Assembly: GCA_964016885.1 (NCBI GenBank)
Contig: OZ024744.1
Location: forward strand, 85,002,001 to 85,066,000
From: Eledone cirrhosa
Lineage: Eukaryota
Length of the DNA: 64,000 nucleotides
Direction: 5' to 3'
Shown: positions 24,276 to 36,089 of the stretch, piece by piece
Layout of the letters: the number at the start of each line of letters is the position of its first letter
Position numbering within the stretch: position 1 is the stretch's first letter
Program-made: the position numbers and the translations under genes
Notes under the pieces: model-generated
Databases searched by the model: none
The model's input: only the letters and a program-made list of their open reading frames with translations
What the model was told of the DNA's origin: nothing

Positions 24276-24549
24276 CATATATATATATATATATATTTAT
24301 TAAAAAACAGATTAAAGTTTAAGCAAAGAATCGCTGCTTTCACCCTTAACGGGATCTTCTGAAACTTTAATCTGTTATTTTAATAAATATTAGCTCTACG
24401 GTTCTTATATATTTGATATATATTTTCCTTATCGAGCCCTCTTTGGATTTTAGTCTTCAATTTTATTATTATTACTATATATATATATATATATATTTAT
24501 CGAGCCCTCTTTGGATTTTAGTCTTCAAATTTATTATTATTACTATATA

Positions 24550-26559
24550 ACCACCTTGAAAAACTTAGAAGATATTAATGTAGAGGGTTATAATATAGTG
24601 TCTAAACTAGGACTACAGAGGCATACACAACCTTTCACTCCGAACCCCCCTAGATTCTCTCTGAAGGACCATAAGGAGAACTTCATCAGCAACCCCACGA
24701 TAAGACTTATCTGCCCTTCCAAGTCCGACATTGGTATTATCAGCAAGAAGATTTTGGATAAAATCATCCCACAAATTAAACACAAGATACACCTTAAACA
24801 ATGGGGAAATACGGGTGAAGTAATTGAATGGTTTAAGGATATCAAGAATAATAAGAACAAAAAATTTATTCAATTTGATATCAATTCATACTACACCTCT
24901 ATTTCCCCTATCCTATTAAATAAGGCACTTATCATGGCCATGGCCAATAGCGACCTGACTAGAGCCCAGGTTGATGTCATCCTTGCGGCCCGTAAAACCA
25001 TAATCACCTTCGAGGACCAACTATGGACACGCAAGGATACGCACAACAACTTCGACATAACCATGGGATCTAGTGACTCGGCGCAGGTCACTGATTTGGT
25101 CGGCCTATACCTCCTCAATGAAATCCATAAAGACCTCCCTTACCTCAACGGTGGTTTGTACCGCGATGATGCACTTCTACTCATAGAATATAAAAAATTT
25201 AATATAGAAAGAACTAGAAAACAACTGCATAAGACATTCAAAAACTTTAACCTTAGTATCACCATGGACAAAAACACTAAAAATGTTAACTTCCTAGACG
25301 CCACACTATACCTAGACTCAAAAATATATACACCTTTCCATAAGCCTAATGAGAAACTTATTTACGTAGATACCAAGTCTAATCACCCTAGATCAATATT
25401 AAACTCTATCTCTAAGGGGGTGTCCAATAGAATCTCTAGTCTGTCCTATGACGCAAACATATTTAGCAAAAACTCACAATATTACAATCAAGCATTAGCT
25501 AGCTCCGGCCATAATATAGAAATTGAGTTCCTACCTAAGAAAACACATAGCTACAACATCATCTCGCACAACATGTCCATGAGGAAATCTAATAATAGGA
25601 ATAGCAACCACAAGTGCACCAAAGCGGAGGGTGCCACCGGAAGTAACCATTACCATGGAAACTACTGTGAGGCCTTAGGAGGAAGCAACACACCAAACAC
25701 TAAAAGCAAAAATAGAAGAAGAAATAATACATTTTTCAACCCTCCTTTCAACCTAAATGTCTCCACCAACATACCTAGGGCTTTCTTCTCACTACTAGAT
25801 AAAAACTTCCCTCTAGGACACAAGTACCACAACCTCTTAAACAAAAACACCATTAAAATCTCTTACTCTACGACGCCTAACTTAGCATACCACATAGCTA
25901 GCAGCAATAATAGTAAAATTAGTTCTTACTTCCAACAAACAAAATCACAACGGGATGCAAACCCTCTAAATACCACTGTAGCAAGCAACAATAGCAACGG
26001 CAGTAACAATAGAAATAACACTAGTATAAGTAATAACACCAGGGTTGTCAACCCGAACACCCAAAATCCTATATCCACCACACAGACTTCCGCATTGCAT
26101 TATAACCAGCGGACTAACGCACAGAATAATTGTAACTGTAGAGCTAATAGAACCTGCCCTTTAGATAAAAAATGCCTAACCAAGGATGTCATATACTCAT
26201 GCACAGTCACGACTAATAACTCTTCAGAAACCTATGTAGGCTCCACTTCTAACTGCTTCAAAATCAGATATAACTCGCACATCCACTCGTTCAAAAAGCA
26301 CAGCCTAGCCAACTCCACCTCACTTTCTAGCTACATACACTATCTAAAATCTAAAAATAAACCATACACACTCAAATGGGAAGTGATAGGCAGCGCGACC
26401 TCGTACAAACCACCTAACAAATTCTGTAACCTCTGTATACTAGAGACACACAATATTATCTTCTCCAACCGTAACCTACTTAACAAAAAATCTGAGGTGT
26501 TTGCAACTTGCCAGCACCGCCTCAGACATTCCTTCCAAAACTTTAAGCCCTATATATAG
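24550..26559 (+). CDS. Penelope-like element (Naiad-type) RT plus GIY-YIG ORF, 5' truncated but uninterrupted
   Basis: LKDHKENF..PTIRLICPSKSDIG, FIQFDINSYYTSI, ITMGS, LYRDD, VNFLD, CxCx5C linker (CNCRANRTC), VIY..YVG, CNLCILE, LLNKKSE. Confidence 0.92.
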   Translation, partial: TTLKNLEDINVEGYNIVSKLGLQRHTQPFTPNPPRFSLKDHKENFISNPTIRLICPSKSDIGIISKKILDKIIPQIKHKIHLKQWGNTGEVIEWFKDIKNNKNKKFIQFDINSYYTSISPILLNKALIMAMANSDLTRAQVDVILAARKTIITFEDQLWTRKDTHNNFDITMGSSDSAQVTDLVGLYLLNEIHKDLPYLNGGLYRDDALLLIEYKKFNIERTRKQLHKTFKNFNLSITMDKNTKNVNFLDATLYLDSKIYTPFHKPNEKLIYVDTKSNHPRSILNSISKGVSNRISSLSYDANIFSKNSQYYNQALASSGHNIEIEFLPKKTHSYNIISHNMSMRKSNNRNSNHKCTKAEGATGSNHYHGNYCEALGGSNTPNTKSKNRRRNNTFFNPPFNLNVSTNIPRAFFSLLDKNFPLGHKYHNLLNKNTIKISYSTTPNLAYHIASSNNSKISSYFQQTKSQRDANPLNTTVASNNSNGSNNRNNTSISNNTRVVNPNTQNPISTTQTSALHYNQRTNAQNNCNCRANRTCPLDKKCLTKDVIYSCTVTTNNSSETYVGSTSNCFKIRYNSHIHSFKKHSLANSTSLSSYIHYLKSKNKPYTLKWEVIGSATSYKPPNKFCNLCILETHNIIFSNRNLLNKKSEVFATCQHRLRHSFQNFKPYI

Positions 26560-28002
26560 CAATGTCGGACTGGAACCTAACACCACATCTAGCATCAAAC
26601 ACCAGAGACACACCCTATACTACATACCCAACACTAGCTGATCCATTATAACACAAACAACGACATCCCTCTGGAACCCTTCGCAGGGAAAATACCCATT
26701 TATACCTCTACGGCAGGTGTGACAACATCCACCCACTTGGACGGCACTACACCGCTCTAAGGGTAATTTGAGCATGAATTGATCGGTTGGATGGTGTTGG
26801 GCAGAGGAAACACCTTCCTTAGACAGATGTAAAATGATTTAATCGAGTAGCGCTGTTGACCAGTAGGACCGGGCTGCGGAGCGCAGTGAGTGAATGCAAT
26901 GCAACTGCCGTGCGGGTTGTACGTATATGGATGATCTGACGGTCAGAGAGGGGTCGCGAGGACTGCGGATTGACCTTTGGCCTGCCTGGGGACGATTATC
27001 TTTCGACATCCAATGTAGCAAGTGATGACCCAGATCTTACCAGAGATCATTGGGTCCTGAAGCAATCCTGCAATCACCGCGCCTGGCCATATGAGCAGAC
27101 TACAACCACAGAGATCATTAATTTAGAATCCTCGCTCATCATCTATAATTTCCATTTGTAGCACCTTATGATGGGTTAATCCACCTTAATAATAATATGA
27201 TCACCTTCAGCATAATTTAGTTAAACTACTCTATAGTTAGTACACTTTATGCTTTAAAAGTCTCTCTTGGAAGGTGCACCTCACCATAGAATTTAGGGTC
27301 TATATTGGGACACATTTTAATGGCTAGATATGGAAACCCCAGAGTTACCTCCCCGCATGCATTAACTCCCCTTAGCCACACACACACTTCCGGTATTCAA
27401 TGGCGTTTCTCGAAACGTAACAACCTCCTGTATCGTACTAAAGAACACCAGACTACGATCTCTAACTGGATTGTCGTGGATTATGTGAAAGGCATATAAT
27501 CGAAATATACACTCCCTTGACCATGAAAATGCCGAAGTACATGAATTACTTGACATCCCTGCGCTGTGCATCTCCAATACTTATAACACTTTTAATGCTT
27601 GCACTATCTTTAATGCTTATAATATTTCTCCACACACAGACTACATCAATCATATAAAGACTTTGCCACCAGATCTACCAACCTAACACTCTTATTTACC
27701 TACCTAAGTGCCTCTACCACACATATCTCTCTGCCACACTATATAAACAAGACGCACATGCGTGCCACACATATAACATTTGCACTATATAACCACTTAT
27801 CTTCATGTTGTACTTTAACCTATATCTTTGATTTTTGATTGTACCTATTAATATAAATGTAATCTCGAAGTGTGTACTGCCACTCTAAATTCTGTAATGA
27901 ATGTTGACCCACAATGTTTGAATATGTATCAATGTTTGAATATGTATTGGTATGTCTCTCGGCTGAAAAGGAGGTCATATAACTGTCCATGCATTAATAA
28001 AT

Positions 28003-28049
28003 TGCTCCGAAGAATCCAAACCTCGGTTTGGAGGAAACAGCTGTAAGCA
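28003..28049 (+). ncRNA. Hammerhead motif at the probable 3' pLTR of the Naiad element
   Basis: TGCT-CCGAAGA-aTCCAAACC tc GGTTTGGAg-GAA-ACAGCTGT-A-AGCA. The core has a U4>C deviation. Confidence 0.72.
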
Positions 28050-28250
28050 CAATAATGTTTTGAACAGTTCTTTGATTCTTATATTTCATATAACTGCTCT
28101 GTAAATCATCTGATGTTTTTACATTGAGCTACTTAACTTACTGGTAATAAGGTAGTAATACATTACTGCCTACCACTATTTAGGGTGTGTGTAAAATACT
28201 TACAACTGCTTAAGGTTTTGTGTTTACATAACCATAAATAGTATAACTAA

Positions 28251-28366
<116 letters not shown>

Positions 28367-28407
28367 ATGATATTAATAAATGGAAACTATATTTATAAAA
28401 CCTTATT

Positions 28408-28468
28408 TATTCTATTATATATATTTCAAGGGTACCAACACTTTAGTACGCTCTCATCAGATAAAATA
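28408..28468 (-). ncRNA. Hammerhead motif of the 6678 family
   Basis: TATTTTAT-CTGATGA-gagcGTAC..GTACcctt-GAA-ATATATAT-A-ATAGAATA. Confidence 0.72.
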
Positions 28469-29004
28469 CAAAGTTTGTTTTATAAATATTGACATATCCA
28501 GGAAGGAGATCTTAGCGGTTCAAATTTTTCCTGGATAGTAAAAGGAAAGATGGGAAAGAGAGGAAAAGTCAAATATTTCAAATTATTAAGATGAATATGC
28601 AAATGAGGTTTAGGTATAGGGCTGAAAAAAAACGTTATTTTTAGACGCTAGGTAGATTTAAATAATTATTAGGATATATATATATGTATGTGTAGGAAGA
28701 AGAAAGAGAAAGAAAGAAGAGCTTGTATTTACGTGAATTTAAAAAGAATTAACAGTTTGTAGGAATGGTGGAATATGATTCCAGAATTTAATTTTTATTA
28801 GCTATATTATGAGTTATAATATTACATATATAATCAATTAGATTGTATGAAGAATTATGGTTGTAGGTACATTTTATCTTATTACATTGCAGCAGGTTGT
28901 AAGTATATAAATATCTATATAGATTAATAATTGTGCAAGTATAAGTATTATTGGTGATTTTATAGAAATAAAACACACGTATTAATTGTTTACATTGTTT
29001 ACAT

Positions 29005-30033
29005 TGAGTTCAAATCCCGCCGAGGTTGACTTTGCCTTTCATCCTTACGGGGTCGATAAAATAAAGTACCAGTAATGCACTGGGTAATTGTTGGCCTTGT
29101 GCCTAAAGTAAAAACAATTAATTGTTTACATTTCTAATATGAGTTACGAAGGATGTTGATTGTACATTTTACATAAATATTTAAGAAAAAGACGTAGTTC
29201 AAATTGTAAGAGAAGAACAATTTGTAGATTCAAATATTTTCATCCAACATTGAAAATACTTTCAGAACATTATTTGGGGAATTGGCAGTATCGGTAGAGG
29301 GTTGGACGCCATGCTTTCTAGCATAGTTACGTCCCTTTACAGTCTGAGTTCAAATCCCGCCCGCCGAGGTTGACTTTGCCTTTCATCCTTACGGGGTCGA
29401 TAAAATAAAGTACCTGTAATGTACTGGGTAATTGCTGGCCTTGTGCCTAAAGTAGAAACAATTATTAATTTAGCGGTGAATTGGCAGTATCGGTAGAGGC
29501 TCGGACATGCTTTCCAGCATAGTTACGTCCCTTTACGATCTGAGTTCAAATCCCGCCCGCCGAGGTTGACTTTGCCTTTCATCCTTACGGGGTCGATAAA
29601 ATAAAGTACCAGTAATTATACTGGGTAATTGCTGGCCTTGTGCCTAAAGTAGAAACAATTATTAATTTAGCGGTGAATTGGCAGTATCGGTAGAGGGTCG
29701 GACATGCTTTCCGGCATAGTTACGTCCCTTTACGATCTGAGTTCAAATCCCGCCGGTCGATAAAATAAAGTACCAGTAATTATACTGGGTAATTGCTGGC
29801 CTTGTGCCAAAAAGTAGAAACAATTATTAATTTAGCGAAATTATATAATTTATCATACAAGTTATTATGTCTATGTTTGCTCAATTGTAAAGGAAAAGAT
29901 ATAATTGTTTCTACTTTTGGCACAAGGCCAGCAATTACCCAGTACATTACTGGTACTTTATTTTATCGACCCCGTAAGGATGAAAGGCAAAGTTAACCTC
30001 GGCGGGATTTGAACTCAGATTATAAAGGGACGT
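29005..30033. mobile_element. Cluster of SINE family A: one partial copy, three head-to-tail copies (29280-29828, +) and one minus copy (29903-30033)
   Basis: Repeated ATTGGCAGTATCGGTAGAGG...GTAGAAACAATTATTAATTTAGCG units. Confidence 0.9.
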
Positions 30034-30296
30034 AAAGGAAAGATATAATATATAATATTATAACTCATAATATAGCTAAATATATTTTAAATTCTGGAAT
30101 CATATTCCACCATTCCTACAAACTATTAATTCTTTTAGAGAAGGAGAGAGAGAGAAGCAGAGAGAGACCGAGAGAGAGAGTATGAGAGAGAGGCAGAGAG
30201 AGAGAGTAGGAGAGAGACCGAGAGAGAGAGAGAGGGGGAGGGGAGAGAGGCAGAGAGAGAGAGAGAGAGAGTAGGAGAGAGACCGAGAGAGAGAAA

Positions 30297-30334
<38 letters not shown>

Positions 30335-30482
30335 GAGAGAGGGGAGTAGAGAGGAGAAGAGGCAAGCAAAGATTCTGTAAGAATGTTGTATCTATGTAAA
30401 AAAATAGTGATGTAACAGTACTAACTTCGTTTCTATGACAACTCAACTTGTGTACTCACATTTAACTTTATCGTATCTCATT

Positions 30483-30513
<31 letters not shown>

Positions 30514-30561
30514 TTATTTTATCTCTTATATTTGGATTAATCTCTTCTTTTTATTTTATCT

Positions 30562-30661
<100 letters not shown>

Positions 30662-30896
30662 TTACATACACATATACATATATATATATATATTTACATA
30701 CACGCATATATATATATATATATATATTTACATACATACATATATATTTACATACTCCAGGAAGGTAGCCGGTCAAAAGTGTACTCGAAATTATGAGAAA
30801 GAGAAACATACATACATACATCTATATATACATACATTCATCTATACATACATACATACATACATACATACATACATACATACATACATACATACA

Positions 30897-30927
<31 letters not shown>

Positions 30928-30929
<2 letters not shown>

Positions 30930-31683
30930 GACATCACACCTTGAGGGATATCTCTATGCAATACAGGAACAAGAACTCCCTACCAAATATATGTTGCACA
31001 AAAGAGGAGGGCCAGCAGCTGACAATAAGTGTAGGCTATGTAAAACAAAGATCGAGGATGTAAGCCACATTGTTGCCAGCTGCGAAAGAATGTCATCTCG
31101 CTACTACCTCCCCATGAGACACGGTGGGATAGCTAGAACCATCTGGAACGCACTTCGGAAAACAAAATTAACAACAAACGAAGAAGAATATATTGAGACA
31201 GATGGCACTAAGGAATACTGGTGGAACCTGAAAATAAAAACTGCCACCAAATTAAAGCACAACCGGCCTGATATTGTAGTTTGGGACCACACATTGAAAA
31301 CGTGTTCTGTTGTGGAGATCAGCTGCCCACTTGATGTAAACGTTGTCAGAAAAATACAGGAGAAGGAGGACATCTACGGACCATTGATGAGGAGTTTACA
31401 AATCCAGTATCCAAGATACACCTTTAGCTTCATACCCATCATTATTGGTGCTACGGGTTATATACCAACCCGCTTGGACCAAAGTATGACTGAACTTGGG
31501 TTTGCGGACAAAAAGCGCAGCTCCCTAATTCATAGTCTACAAATGGCTGCGATAGCTGGCACCTTCAAAATTTGCAAAACATTCTTGCGATTCAAGGGAT
31601 GACAATTTCTTTTCTTTTACAACCTTGCCACCAGGAAGGTGGCCGGTAAAAAAAATATACTCGAAATTAAGAGAAAGAGAAAA
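30928..31683 (+). mobile_element. Dong/R4-clade non-LTR element, short 5'-truncated copy in (TACA)n
   Basis: AIQEQEL, CRLC..HIVASC zinc knuckle and RPDIVVWD..VEISCP REL endonuclease. Flanked by (CATA)n. Confidence 0.9.
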
Positions 31684-31709
31684 CATACATACATACACAC
31701 ATACATACA

Positions 31710-31740
<31 letters not shown>

Positions 31741-31800
31741 GACGGATGTATACATACATACATACATACATACATACATACATACATACATACATACATA

Positions 31801-34247
31801 CGGATGACGGATTCAACAGACAAGCTAATTGGCTAAAACAACTGGAACAGGACTACTGCCAACATGTCCAGACAAAACAATATGACATAGATGGGTCAAT
31901 ACTGGAAACAGCTCTACAGAAAATGTCGAATAGGAAATCGCCAGGCCCAGACCTCATTACAGGATACTGGTTGAAGAATTTCACTTTCTATCGGCAAGAT
32001 CTCATACGGCTGTTTACAGAAACCATTAAGGGCACACAAGAACTGCCCAGATGGTTATCAACTGCCACTACTCTCCTCATTCCCCAAAATAGCCAAACCA
32101 CCCTTGCTAAAAATTACCGCCCAATTGCCTGCCAAAACATCATGTATAAATTATATACTGGGTGCCTTAACCTGTTCTTACAGGATCACTGTGCTACCAA
32201 CAACATCATAACACCTGAGCAAGCTAGTGGAAAGAGGGAGGTGTGGGGTTGCATAGATCACCTACTAACTAACAAAATGATTCAGGAAAAAACAACAAAG
32301 AATCGCAGAAACATGACTGTCGTGTGGCTGGACTATCAAAAAGCATTTGATAGTGTACCTCATGGGTGGATTATTAAGGCTTTACAGTTAGCTAAAGTCC
32401 CACAACCATTAGTAGCTGCTGTTGAACGCCTGACCAAGAACTGGTACACCAATTTGATCCTTAGAGGTGAGAAAGAGCAGGTTAAGACTGATAAAATACA
32501 TTACCAGAAGGGCATCTTTCAGGGTGATAGCTTGTCAGTGCTACTCTTCGTTCTCTCACTGAATCCACTATCTTACCTACTCAGGAAACAAGGTGGACAA
32601 AGAAGTGGGCCCAGAAGTATCTCCCATCTTTTCTTTGTTGATGACCTGAAGTTGTATGGGCCAAATATCAATGACATCAAGAAACAATTGGACCACATTA
32701 CACAATTTTCAACCGACATCAAAATGAAATTTGGTGAGTCCAAGTGTGCATATTTGGCAGTAAAACGTGGAAGAGCTGTGCCCTCCTCTAGAAATCTAGA
32801 GATGAACGGCCTAACAATACAACCTCTGCAGTCAGGTCACAACTACAGATATCTTGGACAGGATGAGAATGTCAGATATGATGGACCCATAAATAAGGAG
32901 AGAACCAGAACTGAATACCTCAGAAGAGTAAAGAAAATATGGTCATCAGAACTGTCAGCATACAACAAATACATTGCCCACAATACTTATGCTGTGCCAA
33001 TTCTAACGCCAACATTTGGCCTACTGAACTGGTCATTGCAAGAACTAAGTGAGATGGATGTTAGAACTCGAAAACTTCTCAGTGTTACTGGGAACTTTAA
33101 CATCAATGGTGATGTGGATAAGGCTATACTTCTCACGCAAGGAAGGTGGCCGGGGTCTAAAATCAATATTAACAACATATGAGACCCGGATAGTAACACT
33201 GAAGCAACACCTTCAACAGAGGAAAAAGGTTGGCAACCATCTTGCCCAGGTTTATGAGCATGAAAAAAGAAATATCATTAGAATAGCGACTGATCTGGAG
33301 GAGAGATATGGAATAAAGCCTGATATAAATCTCTCACCCAGAGAAATCGGAAGATCCTATTCAATGTTCAAAGAAGAAAAAAAATTGACCGATTTACAGA
33401 AAAAGTTGTGCATGGATACTTGAAGCGTAAAACACAGATCATAGAGGGGATAAACCACTCAAAAAGCCTGGCATGGAGTTCCGACAAGTTTATGACATCA
33501 CACCTTGAGGGATATCTCTATGCAATACAGGAACAAGAACTCCCTACCAAATATCTGCTGCACAAAAGAGGAGGGCCAGCAGCTGACAATAAATGTAGGC
33601 TATGTAAAACAAAGATCGAGGATGTAAGCCACATTGCTGCCAGCTGCGAAAGAATGTCATCTCGCTACTACCTCCCCATGAGACACGATGGGGTAGCTAG
33701 AACCATCTGGAACGCACTTCGGAAAACAAAATTAACAACAAACGAGGAAGAATATATCGAGACAGATGGCACTAAGGAATACTGGTGGAACCTGAAAATA
33801 AAAACTGCCACCAAATTAAAGCACAACCGGCCTGATATTGTAGTTTGGGACCACACATTGAAAACGTGTTCTGTTGTGGAGATCAGCTGCCCACTTGATG
33901 TAAACATTGTCAGAAAAATACAGGAGAAGGAGGACATCTACGGACCATTGATGAGGAGCTTACAAATCCAGTATCCAAGACACACCTTTAGCTTCATACC
34001 CATCATTATTGGTGCTACGGGTTATATACCAACCAGCTTGGACCAAAGTATGACTGAACTTGGATTTGCGGACAAAAAGCGCAGCTCCCTAATTCATAGT
34101 CTACAAATGGCTGCGATAGCTGGCACCTTCAAAATTTGCAAAACATTCTTGCGATTCAAGGGATGACAATTTCTTTTCTTTTACAACCTTGCCGCCAGGA
34201 AGGTGGCCGGTAAAAAAAATATACTCGAAATTAAGAGAAAGAGAAAA
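31801..34247 (+). mobile_element. Dong/R4-clade non-LTR element, RT plus REL, 5' truncated, two frameshifts
   Basis: SPGPD, NYRPIAC, WLDYQKAFD, GIFQGDSLS, LFFVDD, CCHC, RHD and RPD. Frameshifts near 33120 and 33405. (CATA)n lies on both sides. Confidence 0.93.
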
Positions 34248-34325
34248 CATACATACATACATACATACATACATACATACATACATACATACATACATAC
34301 ATACATACATACATACATACATACA

Positions 34326-34963
34326 TGTGGGCTATGTAAAACAAAGATCGATGATGTTAGCCACATTGTTGCCAACTGTGAAAGAATGTCATCTCGTTAT
34401 TACCTCCCTATGAGACACGATGTGAACTATCTAGAACGCAGTTAGGAAAACAAGAAACAAATGATGAGGAATATGTTGAGATAGATGGCATTAAAACATA
34501 CTGGTGGAACCTGAAAATAAAAACTGCCACCAAATTAAACCACAACAGGCCTGATATTGTTGTTTGGGACCACACATTGAAAACGTGCTCTGTTGTAGGG
34601 ATCAGCTGCCCACTTGATGTCAACGGTGTAAGAAAAATACAAGAGAAGAGGGAGATCTACGGATTTTTGATGAGGTGTTTGCAGATGCAGTATCCAAGAT
34701 ACACCTTTAGCTTCATACCCATCATTATTGGAGCTACAGGTTATATACGAACCCGCTCGGACCAAAGTATGACTGAACTTGGATTTGTGGACAAAGAGCA
34801 CAGCTCCCTAATTCATAGACTACAATTGGTTGCGATAGCTGGCACCTTCAAAATTTGCAAAACATTCTTGCGATTGACGGGATGCCAATTTCTTTTCTTT
34901 TATAACCTTACCACGAGGAAGGTGGCAGGTCAAAAATGTACTCGAAATTAAGAGAAAGAGCAA
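34326..34963 (+). mobile_element. Same Dong/R4 family, older diverged short copy
   Basis: Degenerate copy of the REL region and 3' UTR, bounded by CATA repeats. Confidence 0.88.
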
Positions 34964-34971
34964 CATACATA

Positions 34972-35474
34972 TGTAGCGAAATCTGTCCACGCCTTGAACC
35001 TTGGGTGATGCCTAAAGGTCAAATTCTAGCTCACCATCTTTTTGGTGTGAACAGGTTCATGCGTGGGCTATCCCCTCAAGGTGGGAGACAGGAAGCGACA
35101 GGTATATAAAGCCTGTATCATCCCACTTTAGCCAGAGAGACATCGGAGCACCACGACATACAACAAGCTATGTAAAGATCCACCGCTAGCTTCAGACCCC
35201 AGGGGTCTCCAGAAATACACATACAATAGATTAACGACGAGAACTACTACAGACCATTCAGAGGTATACAAACCATTACTCTCTCTCACTTACTATGGTC
35301 TCAGACTCACGACGACAACATCAACCTTCGCAACTCGTGGTAACTTGTTTTATTGTACTTTTTGATTGAAGTGAAGTAAACCATATATAAACTAAATCGC
35401 TATTCTTGTTATTTCATGTAATAATCTTGTTAATCCATCTAACAAATATTTATAATAATACCCTTCATTATACA
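34972..35474 (+). mobile_element. Possible solo LTR
   Basis: TGTA...TACA termini, an internal TATATAAA at ~35103 and ~500 bp of unique sequence. The TSD is not clean. Confidence 0.4.
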
Positions 35475-35629
35475 TGCATAGATACCTAGATCCATACATA
35501 CATGTATCTATCAATCTTCGTATCACTATATGGATACGTGGTTGTTGTCGTTATTGTTGTTTTTGTCCGAAGATAGATACATTGGAAAATATACATAGAT
35601 AACAATAGATAGACAGTCAGACAGAAAGA

Positions 35630-36000
35630 AAGACAGGAAGACAAATAGATAGACAGATAGGTATGTAGATAGATAGGAAGGTAGGAAGGGAGGTAGGTAG
35701 GAAGATAGGTAGATTGGTAGGTAGGTAGGTAGGTAGGTAGGTAGGTAGGTAGGTAGGTAGGTAGGAAAGAAGATAGGTAGGTAGGTAGGTAGGTAGGAAA
35801 GTATGCATGTATGTATGTATGTATGTATGTATGTATGTATGTATGTATGTATGTATGTATGTATGTATGTATGTATGTATGTATGTATGTATATATGTAT
35901 GTATGTAGGTAGGTAGGTAGGTAGGTAGGTAGGTAGGTAGGTAGGTAGGTAGGTAGGTAAGTAGGTATGTAGGTATGTAGGTAGGACTGTAGGTAGGTAG
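35630..36000. repeat. Compound (TAGG)n/(TATG)n microsatellite
   Basis: Visible directly in the sequence. Confidence 0.9.
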
Positions 36001-36089
36001 AAGGATAGATAAACAGAAAAGTAAGTTGATAGGTCGTTAGGTGGGTAGATAGTCACACAGCCAATGGTCAGAAACATAGATAGATAGAT

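Noticed and set aside
24550-27100. Selenoprotein Naiad with SECIS
   Set aside because: There is no in-frame TGA at conserved Cys positions and no convincing SECIS by eye.
35630-36000. Telomeric repeat
   Set aside because: The unit is TAGG/TATG, not TTAGGG or TTAGG.
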